IMG/VR virus record: IMGVR_UViG_3300003375_000001
Span: 64,001-128,000 of that record
DNA: 64,000 bases
Source of the DNA: a virus
Lineage: Duplodnaviria > Caudoviricetes
Direction: 5' to 3' (one strand)
Below, piece after piece: positions 1 to 8,835 of the stretch. The notes beneath the pieces were generated by a model. The model did no database searches and was not told the origin of the DNA. It saw nothing but the letters and a program-made list of their open reading frames with translations. Made by a program: the position numbers and the translations under genes. Every line of letters begins with the position of its first letter. The first letter of the stretch is position 1.

Positions 1-36
1 CAAATTCAGAATAGGGCTCTACTGTTTAACCTCGGA

Positions 37-372
37 GTGTTTGTTGCCAATAACAACATTCGGAGGTCTCTGTCTGCGTTCACTCACAATTACCAGACGC
101 CGGACGGATCTGTAGACGTAAAAGTAAAGACGTTGGCCGCAGGTGCTACCTTTACCTTTACACCCGACATTCCTACTAGTGTGCTTTTGGTAGAAACAAC
201 AGGTACCGTGCAGGCTAGCGTCACTCTGGGTGCTTTAACGTCTCCTGTACGGTCCTCAATGACGTATCTCACTTTTATCAAACAGGTTCTATTACTTGAT
301 GACGCAGTTACTAGTGTCGTGTTTACGAACAACGGCACTTTGCCTATTCAAGTAACTCTGATTCAAGGATAG
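37..372 (+). CDS. hypothetical protein, probably virion structural (beta-rich)
   Basis: GTG start after CTCGGA; Thr/Val-rich beta-like 111 aa; just upstream of the tail module. Confidence 0.55.
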   Translation: MFVANNNIRRSLSAFTHNYQTPDGSVDVKVKTLAAGATFTFTPDIPTSVLLVETTGTVQASVTLGALTSPVRSSMTYLTFIKQVLLLDDAVTSVVFTNNGTLPIQVTLIQG

Positions 373-374
373 GT

Positions 375-1166
375 ATGGACGTAACCTTTCAAGTATATAA
401 CAAAGGTAACCTGCGTGAAAGTGTGAAGTCCATTACGCCTGAAGCGTTGTTTACTCTTCTTCAGTCCATGTACGAAAAAGGTGAAGGTGACAGACGTGCA
501 GGCTGGAGCGATATGCCTGACGAAGTTGCAGAGCTTGAACACCTTCTGCGTAAGCCGCACACGTTGACTTACAAAATGCCAATTGCGCCTATAGGCAAAC
601 TAACTTTCACGTTCACCTTAACTCCTAAACAAGGACAAGTTATGTCTCACCTTAATGAAATTGCTAGCCGGCTCTTAGAAAGTGCTGCTGGTGGCCCTGG
701 CATGGGGCGGGGCCTTATCCGTAGGCCTAGTAGCAGTGCTGAGGTTAAGAAGGAACTAACCGCTTATGACAAAGAATCTAAAGCTCTACTAAAAACTTTT
801 CTAGTCACCGTAAAGTCTAAAGGTGGTGACATTGTGTATGCCACTAAATGGTTTTCTGAGGCTATAGAAGAGAATAGAGAATTTTTAGAAGATGGTCTTA
901 ACGAAGCTGGTAGAGCCTTTAAAGGAAAAGGTGGTCCAGGTGGCTACTATTCAGCAGAGGCAGCACTCACGCCTTTGCGAAAGTTGACCTACAAGCAGTT
1001 CGCTGAGGACTACGCTTCTGAACAAGAACACTTAGGTATTCAGAAGGTTAGGGACGCCGGTAAAGCAATATCTGAGGATCCAGCAAAGAAAATAGCGTTG
1101 CTTAAGAAGCTAGGGCTGTCTGGAGAAGAGTTTCACGCCTTATGTATCATGATCAAACAGAGCTAA
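375..1166 (+). CDS. hypothetical protein
   Basis: 263 aa ORF, AGG upstream, tightly packed with neighbours. Confidence 0.7.
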   Translation: MDVTFQVYNKGNLRESVKSITPEALFTLLQSMYEKGEGDRRAGWSDMPDEVAELEHLLRKPHTLTYKMPIAPIGKLTFTFTLTPKQGQVMSHLNEIASRLLESAAGGPGMGRGLIRRPSSSAEVKKELTAYDKESKALLKTFLVTVKSKGGDIVYATKWFSEAIEENREFLEDGLNEAGRAFKGKGGPGGYYSAEAALTPLRKLTYKQFAEDYASEQEHLGIQKVRDAGKAISEDPAKKIALLKKLGLSGEEFHALCIMIKQS

Positions 1167-1180
1167 CAAGGAATCAAAAA

Positions 1181-1432
1181 ATGTCCAATCGTATTGTCAA
1201 CCTTACAGCTCACGCTCACGCTGTACCTATCGTCAATAGTGACACAGGCGAAAAGCGTGAAGTATTTGTTCAGCCTAGTGGTAAGCCTAAGCTGCCTGAC
1301 GGCTTCGTGCCAGACTCTACTTTCCTGTTTCGCAATCCTGGCTTCAAGGTCGTTTCTGACGCACCTGCCGATACGCCAGCCTCAGTTGCTCAAACAGTAG
1401 ATACCCCTGCTCCTAGCACTACTACGCCTTAA
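1181..1432 (+). CDS. hypothetical protein
   Basis: ATG 1181 with AAGGA upstream preferred over 1142; Pro/Thr-rich C-terminus. Confidence 0.6.
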   Translation: MSNRIVNLTAHAHAVPIVNSDTGEKREVFVQPSGKPKLPDGFVPDSTFLFRNPGFKVVSDAPADTPASVAQTVDTPAPSTTTP

Positions 1433-1450
1433 CTAACTGGAGATACACAC

Positions 1451-3379
1451 ATGGCAGCTCTATCGCGCCAAGGCTCTGACGTCCGTATCAACGAAATCGA
1501 TCTGTCTACTACGTTGGCGCAAAACTCCAACGTAACTGCTGCCATCGTCGCTGTGTCGTCTCAGGGCCCAATCGGACCTACCCTTTATTCTAGTTTTGAT
1601 AACTACAAAGCTGACTTCGGTAACCTGAATTCCTTGGTTAGCTATGACGGCTATTGCGCTAAGGACTACTTCGCTGAAGGTAATACACTCTGGGCAATTA
1701 GAGCTGTCAACATTGACTCCTTATATGGTTGCGCACGCGTGTACGTCGATAACACAGGTAACACGGTCATCGACCAGGCTACCATGTTCGACCCTACTAC
1801 CTTCGTGACTTGGGGAACTACATACCCTGCTGGCTCCACGCCTCTTTACCTGTTCTACTACAAACGGGGTCCCGGTAGTTCTAGCTCGAATATTAAACTT
1901 GGTCTGCGCAGTCAAAACTTGGCGGCACCTTCAGGTCTCGCTACGTTGTCTTCGTCCACTGGCGGCACCCTGTCTGCAGGCACTTACGAATACACGGTTT
2001 GCGCTGTAGGTCCTAACGGTGACTCTCTATCCGCTACTCCTGTGCAGATTGTCGTCACTTCAGGCACAAACACAAACACGGTGACTATTAGCTGGAATCC
2101 CGTTCAAGGTGCTACAGCTTATAAGGTGTTCGGTAGGTTGTCTACTAACCTCAAGTACTTGACAACTGTCGGAGCTGCTACGACGACATTGCTGGACGAC
2201 GGCCTGTACACAGTAGGGTCAGCTGCGCCCTTCACTAATGTTAGTCAACTGCCTCCAGCTTCTGTGTTGTTTAGCCTGGACGTTTACGACTTGACTTTCG
2301 ATACACAGAACCCTGTCGAAACGTTTGACTGCTCCATGACAGAGCAAGTAGACGAAATGGGCTTGCAGATGGAAACTGCCCAGCGCGTTAACTCGTTCTC
2401 GCAGTACATTCGTTGTAAGTCACACATCCCCGCTATTGTTACTTTGCCTCGTGTCTACTCCGCGGGACCTGCATTGTTAGGTACTGGTACAGCAGGTAGT
2501 GCACCTACTGATGCTAACGTGAACGCAGCCTGGAACGTGTTTTCCGATAAGCAAAACTACGTGCTGGATGTCCTTATCAACGCAGGTCGCGGTTCTGTTG
2601 CAGTTCAACAGAACATGGAACAGATTGTACGCACTCGCTTTGACTCTGTTGCATTCTTGGACGTACCTTCGTCTAGCCAAACAGCACAAGAGGCTGTCGA
2701 CTTCCGTAACCTTCAGTTGAACCTGAACTCGTCTTTCGCTGCTCTATTCTGCTCAGACCTCCTAGAGTCAGATCCAGACAACGGTAAGACTTTGTACATA
2801 CCACCATCCGGTGCTATGGCGGCCCTTATGGCCCGTACTACCCGAGTAGGTCAACCTTGGTTCTCCATGGCAGGTCTTAACCGAGGTCTCGTTAACGCGC
2901 TTGACGTGCGTAACACGTATGACGACGGTGACTCTACGTACCTGTATCAGAATCAAGTCAACTACATGCGCAAGTTTGTAGGTCAAGGCATTCCGCTATG
3001 GGAACAGTCAACCTTGTATGCTAAGGCTAGCTCGTTGCAGTTCTTGAACGTACGTGTGCTGTGCAACGTTATCAAACGAAGCATGTATAACTTCCTTTTG
3101 TACTCGTTGCAAGAGCCTGGTGACGACTTGCTTCGCAAACAAATCAAGTACGGTCTTGAAGACTACTTGTCTTACGTGGAAGGTGCACGAGGTATAACTT
3201 CGTCTACCGTTGTAGTGTCTGCTGTAAACAACCCCGCTATCCTTACCAATTCAGGTATAACTGCTGTTGCTGTTTACATCGTGCCTATCTTGGCCACTCG
3301 TCAGATTAACCTTAGCTTGCTGATAGGTAAGCAGGGGTTGAACGTGACGGAACAAGATATCGCTAACTTGACACTCTAA
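1451..3379 (+). CDS. contractile tail sheath protein with inserted FN3/Ig-like domain
   Basis: N-terminal V.INEIDLS..., GP; C-terminal W.S.AGLNRG, NQVNY, GI.LWEQ.T, LNVR.L..I, LQEP.D, IVP...T..I pattern typical of T4 gp18-like sheaths; GGAG RBS. Confidence 0.93.
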   Translation: MAALSRQGSDVRINEIDLSTTLAQNSNVTAAIVAVSSQGPIGPTLYSSFDNYKADFGNLNSLVSYDGYCAKDYFAEGNTLWAIRAVNIDSLYGCARVYVDNTGNTVIDQATMFDPTTFVTWGTTYPAGSTPLYLFYYKRGPGSSSSNIKLGLRSQNLAAPSGLATLSSSTGGTLSAGTYEYTVCAVGPNGDSLSATPVQIVVTSGTNTNTVTISWNPVQGATAYKVFGRLSTNLKYLTTVGAATTTLLDDGLYTVGSAAPFTNVSQLPPASVLFSLDVYDLTFDTQNPVETFDCSMTEQVDEMGLQMETAQRVNSFSQYIRCKSHIPAIVTLPRVYSAGPALLGTGTAGSAPTDANVNAAWNVFSDKQNYVLDVLINAGRGSVAVQQNMEQIVRTRFDSVAFLDVPSSSQTAQEAVDFRNLQLNLNSSFAALFCSDLLESDPDNGKTLYIPPSGAMAALMARTTRVGQPWFSMAGLNRGLVNALDVRNTYDDGDSTYLYQNQVNYMRKFVGQGIPLWEQSTLYAKASSLQFLNVRVLCNVIKRSMYNFLLYSLQEPGDDLLRKQIKYGLEDYLSYVEGARGITSSTVVVSAVNNPAILTNSGITAVAVYIVPILATRQINLSLLIGKQGLNVTEQDIANLTL

Positions 3380-3398
3380 TAGCCTAGGACAAACCATC

Positions 3399-3617
3399 AT
3401 GTCTTCCCTAATACTGTTGTCCCGCCGTCATAGAGCGGAGAAGAAAATTCAAGTTGTTGCTAGCGTGGCCACAAGCCCTGTTACGCAACCAGGGAATTGT
3501 CCAGGCGCCCAATGCGTATCGTCTACTCTTGCAGACGTTAAACGCGTTGGTAAAAGAATCTTAGACCGCATAGACGACATGAGTGCAACAAGCTCTCGTG
3601 CCGTGGTGTCTAAATAA
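3399..3617 (+). CDS. hypothetical protein
   Basis: 72 aa ORF with AGGA RBS filling the sheath-tube gap. Confidence 0.45.
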   Translation: MSSLILLSRRHRAEKKIQVVASVATSPVTQPGNCPGAQCVSSTLADVKRVGKRILDRIDDMSATSSRAVVSK

Positions 3618-3629
3618 CCAGGAACTGAT

Positions 3630-4148
3630 ATGGGTACTACAACACTTCAAAATCTGTTTAGTGTTTTGGATCCTCAGAAATCTTTCAATTGGGAGATTTC
3701 TATTCCAAACATTCCGGGGGTCAATGACTCCCGTCAGCTTACCTACAAAGCCATCTCAACAACCATCCCTGGTTCATCTGTAGCTCAGATTAAGCTAGAG
3801 GCTCACGGGATGGCGGTTCACTTTTCAGGTCGCCGTACGTGGCAAGGTACCTGGAATGTTACCATTGTTGAAGACCGTCAAAACAACACGCGTGACTCTA
3901 TATGGAACTGGTTCGAATTGGTTCGTAGCTGGGACAACAACACTGGTGCGTATAAGTCTCAGTATGCTGTGCCCGCTGAATTGGTTCTTTTGGATGACTC
4001 GAACAATGTCCAACGTACTATTAAGCTTGTGAATATTTGGCCTACACAACTTAGCGAACCTGCTGCTGATCAGTCGGACGAAATCATTCGTTATGACATT
4101 ACCTTCAGCTATGATTACACTCAAGAGTTTGTTGCTGGGGCAGCTTAA
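3630..4148 (+). CDS. tail tube protein (T4 gp19-like)
   Basis: 172 aa after sheath; T.IPG, W..T..ED, W..W, L.NIWP..LS, ..TFSYDY pattern; followed by a terminator. Confidence 0.88.
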   Translation: MGTTTLQNLFSVLDPQKSFNWEISIPNIPGVNDSRQLTYKAISTTIPGSSVAQIKLEAHGMAVHFSGRRTWQGTWNVTIVEDRQNNTRDSIWNWFELVRSWDNNTGAYKSQYAVPAELVLLDDSNNVQRTIKLVNIWPTQLSEPAADQSDEIIRYDITFSYDYTQEFVAGAA

Positions 4149-4149
4149 C

Positions 4150-4180
4150 AAGAGGGGCCTCGTGCCCCTCTTATCGTTTT
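4150..4180 (+). terminator. intrinsic terminator after tail tube gene
   Basis: AAGAGGGGC-CTCGT-GCCCCTCTT 9-bp stem, then ATCGTTTT. Confidence 0.75.
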
Positions 4181-4192
4181 GGAGTTACCCGC

Positions 4193-5011
4193 ATGTCCAA
4201 CTTTGACTTAGGTAGTTTTGATGTCACAAGTGCTGTTAATCAAGTCACTAACGCACTTACCAAAGGTGTTCTTGGCCCTCCCATCAAAAGCATCAACGAC
4301 TTTATAAACAAGGTATCAACCACTACGTCACTAGCTCGTAAAGAGGGCCAGTCGTTAGCGCACCAAGACTTCATCAAAGCTATATCTAGTAGACCAGACC
4401 CCTCACTGTCTTTCGACTGGATAGGCCTAATACTTGACCCCACAGTATCCACGTCGGCACAGCTACCTTGGGAATACATAGACGGCATAACAACCCCGGC
4501 TGTGAGTATAACCACTGAAGAAGTTTTCATGAATGGTCGTGTGCGTAAGTATGCTACCAAGTATGACGTTCAAACCGCAGATATAAAAATCTACAGCGAC
4601 GTTAACGGTCTAGGATTTAACTTCGCTAATACGTGGGCTCGATCTGCATATAGGCAAGACGGCTTCTGGAACTTACCTAAAGCGTACAAGAAAGACATCC
4701 AGATTTTTGTCATCGACGCAACTCGGAGCATCATAGTTGACTTCAGGCTAGTAGGATGCACGGTAACTAACTGGAATGGGTATAACTTGGATTCGTCCGA
4801 CACTCCGTTAGAGACTTCGCTGACCCTGAGCGTTGATGACTTTTACATGAACTACGATAGCGACTTCACTGCGGCTAAGTCCTCTCTCAATTCCATTTTG
4901 ACGACAGGTCTTAATGCAGGTATCGCTAACTTGACGACAGCCCTAACCAGCGGCGTGTCGTCTGCTATATCAGGTATATTTGGCTCTGACACGGGTTTCA
5001 ATATTATCTGA
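4193..5011 (+). CDS. tail tube-like baseplate protein (gp54/tube initiator-like)
   Basis: central tube fold-like segment (I..P.V.I...., ...I..Y.D, W....., L.G......W..Y.LD....LE...TLSVD) with Ser/Ala/Leu-rich termini. Confidence 0.65.
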   Translation: MSNFDLGSFDVTSAVNQVTNALTKGVLGPPIKSINDFINKVSTTTSLARKEGQSLAHQDFIKAISSRPDPSLSFDWIGLILDPTVSTSAQLPWEYIDGITTPAVSITTEEVFMNGRVRKYATKYDVQTADIKIYSDVNGLGFNFANTWARSAYRQDGFWNLPKAYKKDIQIFVIDATRSIIVDFRLVGCTVTNWNGYNLDSSDTPLETSLTLSVDDFYMNYDSDFTAAKSSLNSILTTGLNAGIANLTTALTSGVSSAISGIFGSDTGFNII

Positions 5012-5026
5012 AAACTCATACCCTCC

Positions 5027-5055
5027 TTGACGTTGTTTAACGCAAGTGGTATGCT
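5027..5055 (+). promoter_or_regulatory. sigma70-type promoter
   Basis: TTGACG (5027-5032), 17 bp spacer, TATGCT (5050-5055) with extended TG at 5047-5048. Confidence 0.7.
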
Positions 5056-5087
5056 GTATCAACCGCCACTCCCTATGAGGATTGAAC

Positions 5088-6053
5088 ATGGCAACATCTG
5101 ACGACAATCAAACCCCCGAAACAGTATCAATGCCGTTCCCGACTAAAGCAGGTAAAGCACTATCCCCAGAGCCTTCTAGGGACAGTCAAACGGTGCCAAA
5201 ATCGTCGAATTGTGCAAATACACTGAAAGACGCAGAATTCACCAAATTACGGACTTCTGCGGAAGAATCGCCGGACTACTTTACTATCCAACTTCCAAGC
5301 GGTTTTGTGTTTTACTCCTTCAAAACGTTGTCAGTAAAACTGGTTAACGGACGGGCCCAAGGCAAGTTTACACGCGCTTCAAAAGAAAAGTCCTTGCGGT
5401 ATACAGTAGAGGCTATATCCAGTCTGCTTGGTGATAACATATCTGCGTTTGACCTGACTCTGAAGGACTTCTACTACGTCATGTATTGGCTGCGCCTTGG
5501 CTCTTACCCTAACAAGTCAATGAACCACTTGGCCGTCTGTACTAACGCCGAGCACGCAGACCGCATACTAGATTCCAAGAGAGCTAAGGAAGACCAGAAG
5601 TATCCTGAGTCCAAGTGGCTTGACGAGAAAAGTGTGCGAAGTCTTCACACCATTAATAGCACAGTGCTTGAGGAAAAGGCGTTTGATAAGGACAAGTATG
5701 CTCACCTAGAGTTTCCTGCTTTAAAGGCACTAGGCATTACGCTAACTCCTGTCCTTATGAGTGACGTTGTGAACTACAGTGAGTTTATGGACCCTGAGCG
5801 CCCTGACTACGAGGAAGTAGAAGATGCAGCCAACCTCGCAGGCTACATAGGCACAGTTAAAGGTAAGGTGCTGTCCTACGTTGATCGCATGGCGGTGTAC
5901 AATGAACTTAACCTAGATGCCATTGAAGAGATTCAGAAATTTGCAGATGCCGTTAGTGACTACGGTGTTGAAGAATCCATCAAAGTTAAATGCCCGGGGT
6001 GTGGTGCGGAGATCAGGACAGAAGTGTCTATCTCCGCACACTCCTTTCTTTGA
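5088..6053 (+). CDS. baseplate hub assembly / tail assembly chaperone (T4 gp26-like)
   Basis: F.TIQLPSG, LTLKDFYY.M..LR..SY, C-terminal KCPGCG and SFL-stop; precedes tape measure; ATG 5088 has GAGG RBS. Confidence 0.7.
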   Translation: MATSDDNQTPETVSMPFPTKAGKALSPEPSRDSQTVPKSSNCANTLKDAEFTKLRTSAEESPDYFTIQLPSGFVFYSFKTLSVKLVNGRAQGKFTRASKEKSLRYTVEAISSLLGDNISAFDLTLKDFYYVMYWLRLGSYPNKSMNHLAVCTNAEHADRILDSKRAKEDQKYPESKWLDEKSVRSLHTINSTVLEEKAFDKDKYAHLEFPALKALGITLTPVLMSDVVNYSEFMDPERPDYEEVEDAANLAGYIGTVKGKVLSYVDRMAVYNELNLDAIEEIQKFADAVSDYGVEESIKVKCPGCGAEIRTEVSISAHSFL

Positions 6054-6222
6054 TAAGGTAGACGACAACTATATGTTTGTTGCTCGTCGCCTTATAGCCC
6101 AGTATCTAAACGTTCAAATAAGTCCTGATGATACCATGCTGACTATAATGTATTTGGCTGGGGAAGCACAGAACGAAAGAGCGCGGTTAGAAGCCCAAGG
6201 TAATACCGGACCACGAAGGTAA
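6052..6222 (+). CDS. gpT-like tail chaperone segment (+1 frame extension of upstream gene, or separate ORF from ATG 6073)
   Basis: open +1 frame directly after TCC TTT CTT TGA; helical DDTMLTIMYL...E sequence; abuts tape measure start. Confidence 0.55.
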   Translation, partial: DKVDDNYMFVARRLIAQYLNVQISPDDTMLTIMYLAGEAQNERARLEAQGNTGPRR

Positions 6223-6227
6223 CAATC

Positions 6228-8834
6228 ATGGCTAAGAACAGAAAAGGCGGCGTCCATGCTGCTAACCAGTCTAAAGCAAAAGCTCGTTGGAAACAAGTAA
6301 CGAAAGACCTTAGTTCACAAGGTTCCATTCCTGCTGGTGACCTTGCTAAACACCTGGCTAAAGACACGGCTGCCCTCTTTTCTGAAATGACTGGGGGTAA
6401 GCCTTCAGCCATCACTAAGTCCATCGAGAACATGCGTAAAAGCGTTGAGTCTCGATCGGATAAAGTCAACGCAATGCAACGTAAGGCCAACGCGGAGCTT
6501 GTAAAGGCTTTAAAGGCTGTCGGAGACGATGACGTAAAACGTAGAGCCGTTGAAGACGAGTTTCAGGCTAAGGTCTTTGATCGTATAGACGCTCTACAGG
6601 AAAAGCTTGGAGACAAGAAGGAGTCTCTTGACGAAAAGCTGAAGGACTTGAAGGAAGAGTTTGTAGACGGTCTCAAAGCGCAAGCTAAAGCGCTGTCCAA
6701 GTCTTACGAGGATCACTTCCAACGTACGCGTAAGCTTCGCAGCAAAGAGTACAGAGACGAACAGGCTAAACTTATTAAGTCACACAGGGAAGACAACGAC
6801 CCGGAGTTTCGTCTTCAAAACGAACTTAACGACCTCCGCAAACAACAACAAATGTTGTCGCGTGGTCTTCTCCGCAGGTATGCGGTAGATCCTTTGATAG
6901 GAAACATCAAAGATAGAGCAAGAGAGAAATGGTCAAACATAAAGCGCAAGACAGGCATAACGGCTGTCAGTAACTTCGTTGATAAGGAACGCAAGCGTAG
7001 GGACGATCTGGATGAACTCAAGTTCAAGATAGCCCAGTCCGAAGCTGAAAAGCTAACGCTTAACCCTACAGCAAAGGCTGCTAGTGGAACTCTGGAGGAC
7101 CAAGCGCAAGGGCAGCTGGCTAATCGTGAAGTAAGTGCCCTAGAAAAGATAGCGCAGTCAATAGGTAGAGGGCGCAAAGACAAGAAAGAGGAAGAGACTT
7201 CAGGCCTGTTAGAAAAGCTTGGCTTAGGCCTGCCTCTTTTAGCAGCAGCTATACCAGCGGCCATATCAGGCCTAGGTAATGTTATAGGCCGCCTGCTTGG
7301 TAAGGTTGCACCCGGAGTAAAGAATGCAGTTGCCAGTGCAGCCGAAGCGGCGTCCAATGGGGCTAGCTCTCTATATAGAGGAGCAAAGAATCTGATTACC
7401 AACCCCGTAGGTACGTTTAAGTCTTGGGTAACCTCTGCAAAGAATGCAGCGGAAGACCTCATTGAATCCGCTTTGTCTAAGTCTAGTAAGGCTTGGGGTA
7501 GTGTTCTCTCTACTATCAGATCAGCACCTGGTGAGGCTATGGAACTCATGCAGAAGGCTGGCCGCAGTGTATTTCAATTTCTCACGGCTGCCCCTAGCAA
7601 GTCGGGATTTCTGAATCTTGTCAAAGGCTTGTTCGCTAAGGTAAACCCCGCTACTGCACTGACAGGTCTTAGAAAACTCATATCTGCTGGTGTTACTGGT
7701 GTCGTGTTTGGCGTTCTTGTTGACATGCTGGTGGACACGGTAGCGTCCTCGCTAGGTCTATCACCTTCCACGGCTAGCCTGGTCAAGATGATATTGAACG
7801 CAGGTATAGCTATAGCCGTAGGCGGCGCAGGAGGCCTCGCTATATACGTGCTTATAGAAGCCTCTATATTTGCATACGAACAGTTTCAGAAGTTCCCTGA
7901 TAAGGAAGCCTTGCTAGCAAAGTTAAAGGGAACTGCGGTAAAGGCCGAAAAAGCTATTGCTTCAGGCGCTAAGGCCGCAGTTAACTACGCGGAAGACGTA
8001 ACTACTACAGCGACCGGCGCAGCATCGCACGCAATAAGTAGTGCAGTGGCCGCAGCTAACGGAGACTACCCCGCTATAGCTGCTAACGTATCGTCCCTGT
8101 CTTCAGGTATAGGTAGTGCCGTATCGAGTGCAACCGACTATGTCTTGGAAGGGGCGGGTAGCGCTTACAAAACAGTAAAGAGTGCTTTAGGCAAACTGTT
8201 TAGGCCGACCAGCCCTGACATAAATGTAGATAAACTGCATCCCGCAATGCAGCACCGATTGCTAGCCATGGCCCAAGAGTACGAGGCTATGTATGGTGAA
8301 CCTCTAGACCTGAACTCTGCTTTCCGATCGTATTCAAAGCAGGCAGAGCTGTATAGAAAAGATCCCAAGAGAGCCGCGCGTCCAGGCACGTCCTTGCACG
8401 AAGTTGGTCTAGCCGCTGACTTCAAGCCGTCTCAAGTGGATAAGCTTAAGTCTGCGGGCCTGCTTGAAAAGTACGGGTTGGAAGGCATAAGAGGTAGCAA
8501 CGAACGTCAGCACGTTCAAATGAAGGGCGGCTCTGCTCTCGCTAAAGCGAACCGGCTTACCGCAGGCGATAACGTGTCTGAAAGAGCGTCTATTGGCAAA
8601 GACGCTATGGAAACAGGGTCCTCAGATAATGCCTCAAACATAAAGGCTTCTCTAAGTGCTACAGGGTCTCCGTCAGCGTCAGGAAATCAGTCCACGTCTG
8701 CCGCTCCATCCAGTATATTCACTAGTAACTCTGGAGGTAGTGGCCTAGGCGGTATATCTATAGACTCCGTACCTACCTTCTCTTATCAAGACCATTCATT
8801 CTTTGCTCTCAACCTCGGCGCTATAGGCGGATAG
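6228..8834 (+). CDS. tape measure-like protein with M15 (VanY/D,D-peptidase-like) domain
   Basis: long coiled-coil N-half, Ala/Gly-rich hydrophobic helices (~7680-7880), C-terminal NSAFRS...Q..LY...ARPGTSLHEVGLAADF...ERQHVQ (SxHxxGxAxD / ExxH Zn motif). Confidence 0.8.
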   Translation: MAKNRKGGVHAANQSKAKARWKQVTKDLSSQGSIPAGDLAKHLAKDTAALFSEMTGGKPSAITKSIENMRKSVESRSDKVNAMQRKANAELVKALKAVGDDDVKRRAVEDEFQAKVFDRIDALQEKLGDKKESLDEKLKDLKEEFVDGLKAQAKALSKSYEDHFQRTRKLRSKEYRDEQAKLIKSHREDNDPEFRLQNELNDLRKQQQMLSRGLLRRYAVDPLIGNIKDRAREKWSNIKRKTGITAVSNFVDKERKRRDDLDELKFKIAQSEAEKLTLNPTAKAASGTLEDQAQGQLANREVSALEKIAQSIGRGRKDKKEEETSGLLEKLGLGLPLLAAAIPAAISGLGNVIGRLLGKVAPGVKNAVASAAEAASNGASSLYRGAKNLITNPVGTFKSWVTSAKNAAEDLIESALSKSSKAWGSVLSTIRSAPGEAMELMQKAGRSVFQFLTAAPSKSGFLNLVKGLFAKVNPATALTGLRKLISAGVTGVVFGVLVDMLVDTVASSLGLSPSTASLVKMILNAGIAIAVGGAGGLAIYVLIEASIFAYEQFQKFPDKEALLAKLKGTAVKAEKAIASGAKAAVNYAEDVTTTATGAASHAISSAVAAANGDYPAIAANVSSLSSGIGSAVSSATDYVLEGAGSAYKTVKSALGKLFRPTSPDINVDKLHPAMQHRLLAMAQEYEAMYGEPLDLNSAFRSYSKQAELYRKDPKRAARPGTSLHEVGLAADFKPSQVDKLKSAGLLEKYGLEGIRGSNERQHVQMKGGSALAKANRLTAGDNVSERASIGKDAMETGSSDNASNIKASLSATGSPSASGNQSTSAAPSSIFTSNSGGSGLGGISIDSVPTFSYQDHSFFALNLGAIGG

Positions 8835-8835
8835 T

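Noticed and set aside
1-1200. Apparent abundance of CTAG (7 in the first 1200 nt)
   Set aside because: This is only about 1.5 times the naive expectation in a small sample; it needs a genome-wide Markov-corrected count before it can be claimed.
6815-7549. 244-aa minus-strand ORF and the many other antisense ORFs in the track (for example 12508-12963, 38969-39496, 39892-40434, 55326-55927)
   Set aside because: They lie entirely opposite well-supported plus-strand genes and show no recognisable motifs; they are typical shadow ORFs of Ala/Ser-rich coding sequence.
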